In this document: piece by piece, positions 26,874 to 40,419 of the stretch
Layout of the letters: the number at the start of each line of letters is the position of its first letter
How positions within the stretch are numbered: the first letter of the stretch is position 1
NCBI RefSeq assembly: GCF_036588685.1
Contig: NC_086378.1
Span: forward strand, 23,188,001-23,252,000
Length of the DNA stretch: 64,000 nt
Direction: 5' to 3'
Source: Mytilus trossulus
Lineage: Eukaryota
Made by a program: the position numbers and the translations under genes
The notes under the pieces: model-generated
What the model saw: only the letters and a program-made list of their open reading frames with translations
What the model was told of the DNA's origin: nothing
Databases searched by the model: none

Positions 26874-27411
26874 CTACAAAAAATAACAATATACTCTATT
26901 TGTATGATATTCCGTTTTAGCAAAAATAATGAGCAAAACAAATTGTTGCTTAAAAAATAAAGTACTATATATAGCATTGCCCTTAAAGAATTCGATTTCT
27001 TCTTTTAATTGAGAGTTGCGAAAATGAAGTCTATATCTATCAAAAATAACGTTATCTTAACTATACTGGACCTAATGTGTCAAACTTTGTCGTACTATGT
27101 CTTTTTTGCTTGACTGATATGAGTGAAATTTGCAAATAAGATTAGAAAACCTTTAATATTAATTAATTCAAGTACTAGTAGTTTATATTTTCTCGTGACA
27201 TGGAAGTACTATGTAAGTCAATATAGTACTTCCATGCTCATGACTATCTATTTTTATGATATTAACATTTCCTCATCGTTTATTTCTGTAGGCGTTCGTA
27301 CTTAGTACGCATTTTAAAGGTCTGTGAACCATACAGATTAGTACGTGACTCCTTGCAAAAGTATGTGTCCTAGTATAGTAACTTTTTATCAAACATTAAA
27401 TAAAGACCTAC

Positions 27412-28096
27412 CTGCACAGGTCAAGGATGTTAAATCAGAGTGCATTGTCATTTAGTATGCGTAAAAATAAAGATGCTAAATTTAAACTAATCAGTCGAAA
27501 CAAAATCGTATTTCGAACACTTGAAAAGAAATACGTGTTTATTTACACTGACATTTTGTTCCTTTCGTTTATTACATTCAACATTTATCAGGTCGTTAGT
27601 TTACTCGTTTGAATTGTTTTATTTGGTCATTTCGGGACCTTTTATAGCTTACTATGTGGTTTAAGTTTTGCTCATTGTTAAAGGACGTTCGATGACATAT
27701 ACGTTGTTAACCTCTTAGTCATTTGGTATCTGACATAGCTGTCTAATTGGTAATCATACCACATTTTCATTTTTATTGAAAAAAACTTCTTTTGATTTGA
27801 TTTTTTCTTCTTTTGATCAACGTTTTTTAATACATATACAATAATATTGGCAGTAGAACACCAAAGGTGTAACCAATTCCATCAACAATAAAGTTACAAA
27901 CAAGCGATGCAAATGTTACCATCCATCCCCACCCGCCGTCTGGGGGTGTCGGGATTAGATCCTCATCATCTAAGTCCTCGTTATATTTCTTTTCTTTTTC
28001 TTCTATAATTTTTTGCACAAACTACGAATATTGATTTGTAGACTCTTTTGGTCAGGAAATCTACTTCACATTCTCGGTCGAGTGTAAGAAGAAAAT
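27412..28096 (-). pseudogene. Disrupted first coding exon of the SLC16/MCT gene
   Basis: PPDGGWGWMVTFASLVCNFIVDGIGYTFGVLLP is followed by loss of homology and TAA at 27827. An orphan TGT GCA G|GTAGGT donor is at 27412. There is no in-frame ATG before PPDGG. Confidence 0.7.
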
Positions 28097-28582
28097 CTAA
28101 TAAAAATAAAAGATAAAAACAGACTTGGTTTAAAAAAACGACATTAGTTTATATGACTATGCTTAATTTGTAATAATTGACAATCGTATCAGCCCACCTA
28201 TCACATATATACATTATGATTATTTTTAAACACCCGTTTTCAATATATGTATTTTTCAAATACTTTTGTGTCAATTGAATTATATAACTTATCTGTTATA
28301 TAGATGTTACAAACTGTTATATTTGTGATTGCAAAATAGGTTATAAATTCTTCAGTATCACAGATACATTAAAATCATCCGGAGATATCACACACACAAT
28401 GCACTCATAAATTAGATTAAACCTTTCAATTGTAGCTTTGTATTTACGATCTTCTTATATTTAAAGCACTGATTTTCCCACCATGAACTTAAAAAATGTG
28501 TCCAAAAACTATACCAGGTTAAGGTGACAACATGCCAAGTACAGCTGTCCATATAAGGCTTTTATAATTATTAAATATATAC

Positions 28583-28730
28583 CTTAGTGCCCGGAACATA
28601 TTACATAATTCATTATAGAACACGCTGCACTTGGTAACATTATTTAGATATTATCTATATTCTAAAAGTATCCCATGACTGAATCCAATTATACTATCAA
28701 CTGCATATATTATAAACAGAACACGTGAGA
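28583..28730 (-). promoter_or_regulatory. Candidate MCT core promoter/non-coding first exon
   Basis: CACGTG at 28722-28727, TATAATATA at 28714-28706, TCAGT Inr-like motif at 28682-28678, donor ctaag|gtatat at 28582. Short motifs only. Confidence 0.3.
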
Positions 28731-29485
28731 GGGTTGGCTTTTTACTGTGAAAAGTAAAATCACAAAGTACTGAACTTAGAGCAAAATGAATTCGGAAAGT
28801 CCATAATCACATAAAATCAAATAACAAAACTGATGTTTGAGTGAACATATTTGTGAGATTCGGGTATCATGCTTGTCGTCTTCCGATAACAGTTTGTACT
28901 ATCAAACCTTTTAATATGCATATCAATCGGAAGATAAAGTGAACCATTGGCATATGTAACTTTGCATTTTATAGTCCAAGAGTAACCCCCAACATTATAC
29001 TGAAATACAAACTCCCGTTTATTGAACTCTAGAAGTTTTGTTTCAATGTCGTCTCTGTTAACAACGACGTTAACGAATAATTTCAAAAATACAGATACAT
29101 GTAAATAGGGCCCAAACAAATTCTCATCTGATAAACAAGTGTCATTCGCTTTCATGATCATTATTTCTAAAAAGGGAAACATTTTTGTATTCAACTGCTT
29201 GCCTAGCTGAACCATAATTTCTTCTTCTATCTTTTGTAGTAAGTATCGTTGGTATGGTATCGGAACCTCAGATTGAACATCAACTCCAAATATAAGTGTA
29301 TAAGCAAGATTAGAAGTGTATGACAGAAGTGGTACACACGTCTCATTAATCAGTACACGTCCAGGGTAACACACAATATCACGACATTTTTCCTACAAAA
29401 GAAGTGTATCTGTAAATCAGTTAAATAAAGATAGTTTAAAGTGAAAACTATTATATTGTTTTATGATGACAATTAATATATGGAT

Positions 29486-30416
29486 TTATTAAGGCCTTTC
29501 CTTTATCAAAAGGGAAAGACCTTACTGTATTTCTTCTGTTTATTATTATTCTTTTTCCGCCAAACTTTGACGAAGTTAGCCGTAACCGTAAGATGTGTCG
29601 CTTTCATGTACACACTTTGTATCGGTGTCATGAATACCTATCCGGAACTCACCCTGTTAGTCGAAATATTTTGTCGGTTCGGAGTAATCCCTCCGAAACC
29701 CAAAAACCTTGTTGTCATTCCAACACCGTAACCGTAATAGGTAGAAAAAAAACGAAGGGTGAAATTTGTTCAGGACCAGACCCCGGTTCTTTGTTACATT
29801 TGGATCGAAAAGATTGAACGACTCATTGGTAGGGTTATGCCCCTATTAAAATTAACCGGTGTCGGTTGGCCACCAAACTCAGAAACCGTAAGTCGTAGAC
29901 ACCTAGGATCTTCACCATCCATCATAAATTCATGTGACTTTGAAAAATACTTCAAGGTCAAATGTGTATGTTGACCTTGACCTTTGACCTAACACCTTGT
30001 TATCAGAACAACTCAGAAACCATTATACTTACAGAAGTTTTAAATAGTGGAAAATGTTTGAGTCATTACGACGCAACTTTGTTACATTTTGACCGAAGAG
30101 ATTTGAACTTTTCTTAAGGGGCATAAAGCCTGTTTTAGGTTTCTGAAAAGACAAAATCAGCTTTTACTACATAAACAAAGGTCCTAGACCCATGGGGTTT
30201 TCAACACTGACATTGGGGACTAATGACCTTGACAAAAGTCAAAAGGTCAAAGGTCAAGGTCAAGTCCCATATAGCTAATTATGTGTTTTTGACCTTATTT
30301 AAAGGTTTTTGAGTGTGTTTTAAAGCTTTTCAATGTATTTTACGTGTATTGGAACATGTATTTTACGTTATAAAAGGAAAGACCTCTCAATTGTTCAAGA
30401 ACAATTGACATTTTAA
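29486..30416 (+). mobile_element. HINE/Helentron-like non-autonomous element
   Basis: 5' inverted repeat aggcctttccttt/aaagggaaagacct, (tat)n, 3' ggaaagacct plus the perfect hairpin caattgttc-aa-gaacaattg (30388-30407), T-rich ends. Confidence 0.75.
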
Positions 30417-32807
30417 TTATGACTATTTTTTTTCATTCTTATAGGAAATTCCAAAGTCAATTTTCAATTTACCGTTTCTTTTGTAAGTTTTATTCAAGCT
30501 AATGTCGTTAATATTACTAATTTGAATAAAGAAATACTAAAATGCTTAAAGCAATAAACTTATGGTTATAACCCTTATTGCCTTGTTGTGTCATGTGATT
30601 GCAACCTAACGTTTACATCATATCCATTTTAAGTAATGTATCAGTTCAGATTCTAATTAATTGAAAATCACTGTTTTCGAATGAGAAGCCGTTGCCTTAA
30701 AAAATATCATTGTACTATTTACATTGCACACGGATAAGAACGTTGTCATATCTAGGGACGTTTAGAACAATGTTAGACATTTTGTCATGATTTTGTTCAG
30801 TTGATCATGATTTGTTTATGTAGTTTTCTTGAATGATTGCCTTTAGTCTCTGATAATGAGCCTATTATTATCAGATCATTTCAGATTTAAATTAAAATGA
30901 GATAACTTTTATGAATGAACCCAAAGCCTAACAAATTACTATTATTTTATTGACATTTGACACGGATAGGAATAATGCTATATCATGAAGCATTTAGTAC
31001 CGGAATCGTGTCACGATTTGGTCCAGTTGATCTCTAATGGGAAAGCGGTAGTATTTACTTTTCCCAGCATTAGGTTGGCCTTTTGTGAACCCAAGACAGG
31101 TGAAGGAAGTCAAATTAGGAGCGCTGTGATTGGATGTAAGGGTACAATATATTTTTTTTATTCATTTATCTAACTGCAGTGTGCAAATTTACAACATAAA
31201 TTTTAAAACCTATTGAAATATTTTCTAGAGAATTATTCGAAAAGTCTTCCAAAATTTCATAAATTTGGTGCAAAATGACGGTGGGCATGTATAACATAAA
31301 CCAGCTCCGTTGGAAATTGGTCATGATACTATTTGGCTTCAATTTTTAGAATACAGTAATAAAGTTCTAACACCACACATAACTGTTTTATCCAGGTTTT
31401 TATTATAAAAACTGGTAAATTTAGAAAATGTTAGTATTGTCGCCTATGGCAGAATAAATAGTACCGTTTTCCCTATAAATAAGCCGAACTCCGGACAGTG
31501 ATCGTTTCCGTTCCGGACCTTTTTTCCCTTGCTCAATCATTAGTGTAGAGTAGTATTCAAGCCCGTATGCGGATCGGAACCGGAACTGCCGGGGAGTTTG
31601 ATAATAAGCATACAAAGAGTAAAACAGATTGTTGATTGATGTTTTACGTCAAACTTGATATACTTAAACTATAGTTGGCGAAAAATAAAGCACGTACATA
31701 TGTAAGCATGATATTTGAACATTGAGTGGTTAAGTAATTAAAATGGTTCAATTAAGTGTTCCAACTTTAATTTATTATGGTTTAATCATTATGTCATAGT
31801 TTAGATGAAAGTTAATACATATTAGTTAAACGAACGTAATGAAAGTTTGTATGAAAGCGTTGTTGAAATTAAATCAATCTCCAAATGTTTCGGTTGATAA
31901 TTATGTCAGAGATACATTGACAAGAGAATTAACAGTCATGCAAATCGTAAAAACTGGTACGCTTTTTAAAGCGTAAATCCTATGACAAAATATTTCAATC
32001 AAGACCTCGAAACAAGTGAGATTTTGAAGCTCCAAGCTAAGCAGTATGTTTTTGTGTTGTTTTAGCATACTAGTACAACATGTTAATTTTGAATTTAGTT
32101 TTTAAAAGTTTCGATCAACAATACAAAAACAAACACAAATTTAAAGCAGTTAAAGGGAATAGATAAGAAAAAGGGAAGTGTAAGTACCAATATTATATAA
32201 ACTTTATAACATTTAACTTCTTGTAGGATTGAAAATTTTTCCGATAATGAATATTACAGGGTAAATTGAACTGGTCCATCATCTTTCTATCGTCGGAAAC
32301 TGATATTAAGGTTAATTATAAAACTACGCAAGTAAAGTATTTAAATACTTTCAATATCGTCAGTCACTAACGAATTCTGTGCGAACGATTTTTGTAGCAT
32401 TATGTCGATAATAAGAAATACAGAAAGTTGAACTCCTACATTCGTAAATGTTAGTTGGTTTTGAAGGAATCGTTGATAAAGAAAATTAACTTGCTTTGCC
32501 TCAGAACAGCAAAAAATAGTTTCAAATAATCCAGATCAAAATGTAATGTTCTAGTTGTGCACTGTTATTGTTGCATCTAAGTTTTAATTTACCTGTCATG
32601 AGGCGTACTTGTTATAGTCGAATAAAAGGAATTCAATTTGCATAAATAATTTCTTTTGTCAGTAAAATACTAAGGTTAGGCGGTCATTTTGAATACCAAC
32701 GGGACATCATCTTAAACTAACAAAACTACGAGCTCTGCTTTCTGAAACCCTCATTTACTTGTCGACAAAATGATTTCAAAAGTTATAATGATATGAAGAA
32801 GGATGAA

Positions 32808-33960
32808 AATAAAGGCAACAGTAGTGTACCGCTGTTCAAAACTCATAAATCCATGGACAAAAAACAAAATCGGGGTAACAAACTAAAACCGAGGGAAACG
32901 CATTAAATATAAGAGGAGAACAACGACACAACACCGAAACGCAACACACACAGAAACGGACCAAGCAACAGACAAAACACCACGAGAATAACAAATATAA
33001 CATCAAAACCAAATACATGAATTTGGGATAGACAAGTACCGTGCCACGTCTTATCTCAAAAATAAGAGAAAACACAAACGACTCAACGTTAAAATGCAAC
33101 ACACACAGAAACGAACAATATTATAACAATGGCCATCTTCCTGACTTGGTACAGGACACTTGTAAAGGGGAATAAAAGTGGTGGGTTGAACCTGATTTTA
33201 TGGCATGCCAAACCTCGCACTTTAATGGCAAAGTTAAATATAACATTGAAATGACAACATAATATTACAGGACTACAATACAAATAAAAAGGAGAACATG
33301 TTAGACAAAGAAAAGCATGATTAATAGATAACAAAAAGCATCAGGTTTAAAATTCAATACGCCAAAAACGCGTCTTGTCCACACAAGACTCACAAGTGAC
33401 GCCCAGATATAAAAGATCGAAAGTGAAAAAAGTACAAAGTTTTACAGAACTTAAGACCAAAAGTTGAAAAGGTTTTGCCAAATACGGCATTGTTTGTATG
33501 CCCGGGATAAGAACATTCTTATTATATAGAACAATTCATGCTATTGCAAACAGTAAATATTATCAAATGAATATGAAAGAGATATACATAATGAAACTGA
33601 AGTATAAACTAATTACAGAAAACTAAACCCGAATACATACCGCCAAGATATAAAAGATCGAAAGTGAAAAAAGTACAAAGTTGTACAGCACTGAAGATCA
33701 AAATTTGAAAATGTTTTGCCAAATACGGCATTATTTTTATGCCCGGGATAAGAACACTATTATATAGAACGATACATGCTATTGCAAACAGTAAATTTTA
33801 ACAAATGAATGTGAAAGATATATTCATAATGAAACTGAAGTATTAACTTATTACAGAAAACTAAACCCAAATACATGATGCCAAGTTCAATACAGCATAG
33901 AAACACCCGAATGAGTCCAGGCGTCAACGCAATTAAAAAAAATGACGTCACATACGATGG
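32808..33960 (-). mobile_element. Composite retroposon-like repeat with a degenerate hammerhead-like motif and 2 x ~240-bp internal repeats
   Basis: Tail shared with 9576-9743, 19420-19705 and 49860-50035. Internal repeats start at ~33406 and ~33646. Reverse complement gcgtca cttgtga gtct..ggac aagac gcgt at 33360-33405. Confidence 0.6.
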
Positions 33961-34812
33961 CGAAAGTCAAACGTTATGCCACATTTGAATTTATGAAATT
34001 TAGAAACAGCATGACGTCACACATGAAAAACTATAATTCAAAAAGTTTATAGAATTAGGATTGCTTTAAGATTATATTAGAACTAAATACTGATAATTCA
34101 TTGAAACAAAATGCATATTGCAATACTTATTAATAGCAATTAACTGTAATATATATATGTCCAGTTTGTTATGAATCCAACTTCAAACGTAATTAATCGT
34201 ACAAAACTAAATATAATTAATAAAGGCGGTGATTAATTTTTCTATCCGTAACACCTAAATATAATAAAAAGACGTCAAAAATAGTTATACTTGACCAGTC
34301 TTAACGTTGGTTGGGTTTCTCGACTGACTTATTTGTCATTTTTAATGTCGGGTCCATTTATACTAGTTATTATATTGTAATAGTGTTGTTCGTTGTTAAA
34401 GGTTGAACGGCCACATATAGTTCCTATTAGCAACGTCATTTTGTATTGGTTGATACTAGTGGTTGTATCATTTGCACTGCTATCATCTTCTTATTCATGT
34501 TAATTATATATGTCTACTTTAATAAAACATATTTAAAGACCGAAGTTGGTCTCCGTTGTTAAGTTATTAAAGTGTCCAAGTAATGATAATAAATCTGCAT
34601 GTTATAGCTCATAATATTGACAGCGGAATTCCCGAATTTTCATATATATGGAAATACTTACTAAAGGGCAATTTTTGTTCAGAAAATTTAAAAGCATTTG
34701 TAAAATATGCAGAAAAAGAACATTTGTTAATATGTGACAAACAATACCAACACAATACCCTAAACTTAATACACAAGCGTCAATGTTTCAAAGTATTTCT
34801 TATATATATATA

Positions 34813-35245
34813 CACAGCTACTTTTGTATAAGTACTATTTCTGTACCAAAAATATGTAGTACTGGAACTCTACTTTTAATATTCAGTACTTTTTTGTTAC
34901 TTAAGAATTTAGGTACCTATATTTTACAGAACTTGATTTGTACTTGAAATTCAAGTACTACAGATTTTTGGTTGCACGGTTACATTTTCAGCATTTTGAA
35001 AGTATGTCTATTTCAATGCTCTTAAAGTTAAAATGTTCAAACATGGAATACTGTGATAATTTTTGGTATATTTTTTTGGTACCAATACTTTAAGTACAAA
35101 TCAAGTACTGCAAAATACAAGTACCTAAATATTACAATAATTTTAAAGTAGAGAAATTGTACTAAATATTAAAAGTAAATTTCCAGTCTTACAGATTTTC
35201 AGTACATAAACAGTACAAAAATAGTACATATGCAAAGTAGCTGTG
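34813..35245. mobile_element. Foldback MITE with CAC..GTG termini inserted in (TA)n
   Basis: cacagctacttt / aaagtagctgtg ends, long imperfect inverted arms, TA repeats on both sides. Confidence 0.8.
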
Positions 35246-35869
35246 TGTGTATATATATGTAATACAAAATTTGCAATAACCAATATAATAGATATAAACA
35301 CAGATATTGTCCCAGCTAAATTTATCCTTTGTCATTTTTTGTTATTCGAAAACACTAAACCAAAAAAAATATCAACTGAACCAAAATATGACCAAATGTT
35401 CCTAGATATTTGAAAGTTGATATTTTTAAATGCATCTTGAATAAATATCTTATGTACGAAATAATGACAATAACACCAGCAGAAATATAAGACAAATTAT
35501 CTCTTTCTTTACTGTTTTGGAAGGTTCTGTGTGAATTCTGCTTTTTATGATAATATAAACAAGTCGACCCAAATAGGATTAACAATAAGTTCTCATGGGA
35601 TTATCGAAAACAAAAATAAGTTTGTGATTGATTTTCTTTTAAGGTTTCATACCAAAAAATTCGAAGGTCGTTGAGTAATTTGAGAACATTTTCTCTTTAT
35701 TGTGTGACGTGTGGAAGATGTGGGATTCTAAGTTTTGTTGGTTGTTCCCAGTTCTTCTGTTAAACATTACAAATAATATTGTCTCCATACAAAACACACT
35801 TTTGTTTGGGGAGATGTCTGATGCAACTACAAATGTTGCATGATAATCGGAAACAAGATAAGTTATTTT

Positions 35870-36015
35870 TTTCTACCTCAGGAATAGATTTTCTTAGCTG
35901 TAATTTTGGTTCTTAATGCTCTTCAACTTCATACTTTATTTGACCTTTTTTACTTTTTGAATTCGAGCGTCACTGATGAGTAGAATTTTCTAGACGAAAC
36001 GCGCGTGAGTTTATT
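35870..36015 (+). ncRNA. Type-I hammerhead ribozyme remnant (retrozyme), both core boxes retained
   Basis: gagcgtca CTGATGA gtagaattttctagac GAAAC gcgc GT. The cleavage-site C and the 3' strand of stem I are deleted. Confidence 0.7.
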
Positions 36016-39000
36016 TATCTACTACATTGGTCGGTATGTCAGAGTAATGAACTTGTACACTCATTCAATATTAAAGATTTCAAATACACTAGTGCACGCA
36101 TGAACGAACACATGGAAGAGCTTTCAATGCAGTAATAACATTAAACGACTTCTTATAAATTGATGCAGATTTTATGGTCAATGATGTTTACCTTTATATA
36201 ATCATACACTTGGCTAATTTTACAGGTTTCGTCTCCTAAGTTGTCTGCTTGTTCTTCGTAAGATAAAAATGAGAACAAACTTCGAAAGGAAATATCTTCA
36301 TAATCTTGTTCACCACGAATACAAACAAATATGCCCCTATAGTTATTTACATACTCGATACGTTCTTCGTTACACATTTTGCAGAATATATTCTTATAGG
36401 GGTAGTGATAGTCAATTTGAGGAAGCTCTGTACACTTTTTTTTGTAAGAGCTCGTCACTAAAATTCCAACGACCTGTAACATTGCACTGTTGTATCAGTG
36501 TTGTATTTTCATTACTAGTTGATTCTTCCATAGCACAAAATATATTTTGATACTCAATTAGCGATGAATCGTTAAGTTTATAGTAAAAATCTACGTTGGT
36601 CGGTGTAGACTTAAAGTTTCGACATGCCCATGAACTATTAGTATTTCCTTTCGTAAATGCCGATTCAGCAGGACATTGTTTGTGACAAAAATTTGGAACT
36701 AATGTAAAGTTGCAATTAGATAAAAATCGTGTTTCAAATAAGTGCGACAATAATACATGGAAATATATTGGAATGACATTTGAACATACCAAAGTAAATA
36801 TCCATGGTTTTAACTTGTTTACAGAAGAAAAGTTAGACTTTCGGTTAACCTTATGACTAGTTTGTGACTTCTACACATGGCATAATATATGTTCTTGTAG
36901 TTATTACCATGGGGTTTATCCATGTTATCATTGACTAGAATCGAAGAAAACACATCGAATGAACCTTCTCTGTTTTGACACTTGTATGACAAAATATTAA
37001 AATCCATAGCTATATCTTCACATCCGTCATACACTAGATAACCACCTATACACGAGGTTGAATATCTAAATTCAACATCGATGCAGCATGGCTTTTCAAA
37101 ATCAAAGTGACAACCATCGGAACAACCGCAATTTTGTCTTTCATCTGCTATAGCATTCGTTGATACATTTACACAGAAATGACCATTTCCGGTCATAGCA
37201 TAATATTGTGTGTAAATTTCCGTTAGATTTAAACGATGATTTGTCATTAATTGTGTTTCAGAAGATCGATATGACTGTGTCTTTAAATAACTATCCATAA
37301 ATTCATTGTCAAAATGTTCTATTTCAAAAGTATATTCAAAGTATTTCCCATCAACCACCTTTTCCTCTATAATAACAGAAGCATCGAAATGCATAAACTG
37401 ACGCCTGTCATCTACGTAAGCTCGCGCAGGGAATGCATTGCAGAGGTAACAGTAGATATTTTTGAAAGGATATGTTGCTGTAGTTGTTCCATGTTTATTA
37501 CAAGCTGTTTTGAAATTTGGATAATCTTCATACCAAACTGATTTCCTCGTAATGTTACAATCTGTTATTACTTCTTCGACTTTAACTGGTGGGTTACATA
37601 TGTAACAAAAAACATTCTTAAACTCAAGGAATCTATTATTGTAATTTAGACATCCCCATTCAATATCTTTGTTGTAAGTTAGCCAGGAACCTGTTACATT
37701 GCAAGTCTTTATGGTGTTGAATCCGTAAATTCGAAAGCAACCAGTGGTTTTCAGTACGGTAAAGTTGCTGCTTATTTTACATTTTTTGTCTATGGCTGTT
37801 TCAAGAATTTCATCTAAGGATGAAATGAAATTAAAATCTACAAATTCGTCACACACTGAATTGAAAATCCATTGCTCATAGTAACTTTCATTATTACATT
37901 GAGCGCAAAATTTATTTTTGTAAGATATCAAAGTTCCTGAAGAGGTTACAGTCATATATTGTATCTTTTCTGATAGGGTTTTGATACTCTCACAATTAGC
38001 TTTTGACAATGGATCTGTACCTTCGGGACAAGTCACTCTCATTAGAAATGAATCTTCGAATACGTCTTTAGGTTCGGTTTTGTGTGAAACAATGGAAGTG
38101 TTTGTGCATTCGAGTTTGAGGAAGAAAAATTTGTCTCGACAGCAGGTTCCATTAAAAACACAGTTATCATCACAAAAACATTCAGTACAAACTGATAAGT
38201 ATTTTGGAATCTTTGGGACAATTTCACTGGTTTTATTACATAGCATGTTGCCGCAAATAAGAATGTGTTGCTCCAAAAGGTAATCATAATCAATATCTGC
38301 AGCTCCAACTGTGAGAAAACAACAGACTAGAAAGTACCATATCGACTTCATCCTGAAAACAAAATAGTGATGTTGTGAAAACAATAGTGGGCTGATACAT
38401 TTGTACCAAACATGATACTCAAATTCTTATACACACTGATAAAGCCATGACTAAAATAAACAAAAAACGAAAAACATCCGGTATTTTCCTGGGTGTTAAA
38501 TTTATCAAAACGGTAATCCCTCTTACAGGATGAAAGGGTATTTAGTCACAAGTGGTAACTCGAAGTAATCAAGCCCTTACCGTCTCCGATTTTCTCTGCT
38601 CTTCGATAATGTAGTGATCGTTAATGAGCGTAAAATGATTACTAGATTATTCGGGATACACAAATGGGAGTAAATAACTCGATAACGGGTTTCTTATTAG
38701 ATACATTAACTAAAATCGAGTAGTTACTGACATATATTGCTGTGTCAAGGATTTATCAATTGCGGCTCCAGGAATTTAAAAGGGGACTGGCAATCTATTA
38801 TTTCAAGGGTTACTTGTAAATATTTGTTTGCAAATATCATATCCGAATTGCTATAAGGGGGAACTGGGGCACCATGTCTACATAAATCTGCCTCCGTTTA
38901 CTCTATAAATCCTTCATGTGACAATATGTGCATACATGGACGATGTCTAACCAGATAGTCTTATTCCTTCGAGAAAACATACCACTAATAAATTGGAGAC

Positions 39001-39129
39001 ATGTATCTAATATTCTAGTGGGGAGGAATAGGATATAATTTGACATAGCAATTATTCATAGTCCAAATAAGAAAGACTTCCTGAACTAATATTATCATGA
39101 TTATATGTATTAAAGGTACTAAGTTGTTA

Positions 39130-39385
39130 TGAAAATGAAATCATCATAGATACAAGGATTGAAATTTAATTTTTGCCAATGACGCGCGTTTAGACTCATC
39201 AGTGACATACAAATCAATAGATGTCAAAAAGGCAAAATACATCATGACGCTGAAAAGCATTTAGGACCAACAATTCATAAAAGTTTTGCCAAATACAGCT
39301 AAGTCAACCCATATCTGAGGTGGAAAATTCTTAGTATTTCAAAAATTCAAAGCTTTGTGAACAGTTAATTTATAGTCGTGAACAT
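39130..39385 (-). mobile_element. Retrozyme-like repeat, hammerhead stem II deleted
   Basis: Reverse complement gtca CTGATGA gtct AAAC gcgc GTC. Paralogous to 2120-2375. Confidence 0.65.
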
Positions 39386-39857
39386 ATATATTTTATAAAT
39401 GAAACTCTCTAATTTTTATGCTATTTTCACATTTCCTGTCCGGTTTGAGAAACATATTTTTCCTCACTAGTGCAAAATCTGTTCTCAGCAAATGATTGGT
39501 TGAAATATAATTATGACGTTAAATTTTCTTGTTTTCTTCTAAATGTTCTTATTGTGACGTCATGAAAAAGGCGATTATGCCTGATGATGTCACATCAAAA
39601 GTACACAACTTTACTAATATCTTTGAAAAGGAAAGTTAAAAATCACAAGAGAAACAAATTCCGCCGCTGTAACTCGTGTATTACGATATTTCTCCACTAT
39701 CAGCAATCAAATTTAAACTGTTAAAAAAAGCTTGGCAAACCTCGCGCTTTTAAAAATATCAACATTTAACTGTCTCGAGTGGAGAAATGTCGTTATACAT
39801 TTGTTGCTGTTGTGAAATCTATATTTACACAGTTTTTAAGGTAAGAATCGACTGAAA

Positions 39858-40419
39858 GGAGTGAGTCCGGTAAGGACCGATTTTGGCCTCAAATTTCAGG
39901 TTCATTTCACGAAAGTTTTTTGGACACTTTTTAAACACTTAAGTGTCTATTTCAATTGATTCGATTAGTTTATGTGAAAGATTTTAGCTGATTTAGTCAT
40001 TAAAACGCTCTGATTTAAGCTTAAATATGAAAAATCTATCTAGTATGCCAAAAAAACGTCACTTTTCAGATGTTTTTTGTAAAAAATGAACGTTGCCGCA
40101 TACGTTTTCATCCTCAACCTTTATATTTGTTTTGTATTATCATCAAATACAACTAACATTTCAATATTATGAATGAACACGAATGCGGCCGGAAACCGTC
40201 TGAAAATTAACAAAATGATATATTTTGAAGATTTCAGTAATTTATCATGACTTAATGATGCTAGAACGTAATATTTGTTCATTGTTTTGTCAAAAACTGC
40301 ATATTTTTAGGTAACAGAAGCATTTTACTTTCCAAAATATAGCTTAAAGATAACATTTTCACAATTTTCTAAAACTGCTATATTTTGGGGCCAAAAAGGG
40401 TTCTTACTGAACCTACTCC
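39858..40419. mobile_element. MITE specific to the right duplicate
   Basis: TIRs ggagtgagtccggtaaggaccgattttggcc / ggccaaaaagggttcttactgaacctactcc. The empty site actgaaa|cgttaaa is at ~2656-2669. Confidence 0.8.

Larger units (their letters stand above)
28817..38351 (-). pseudogene. Cys-rich GPCR paralog copy 2, frameshifted and lacking the 7TM
   Basis: Exons 38352-36192 and 29392-~28829. Frameshifts are -1 at 36861-36863 (TAA 36819) and +1 in the T8 run 36436-36443. Exon 2 fuses to a repeat fragment before the TM region. Confidence 0.85.

Noticed and set aside
26873-36192. In-frame GPCR-ectodomain/MCT fusion by splicing
   Set aside because: The GPCR donor is phase 0 and the intact MCT exons have phase 1 acceptors, so the product is out of frame. 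Copy 2 also stops earlier.
36436-36863. Compensating frameshifts or programmed recoding restoring copy 2
   Set aside because: The net shift is zero but TAA at 36819-36821 lies between the two sites, and no recoding structure was seen.
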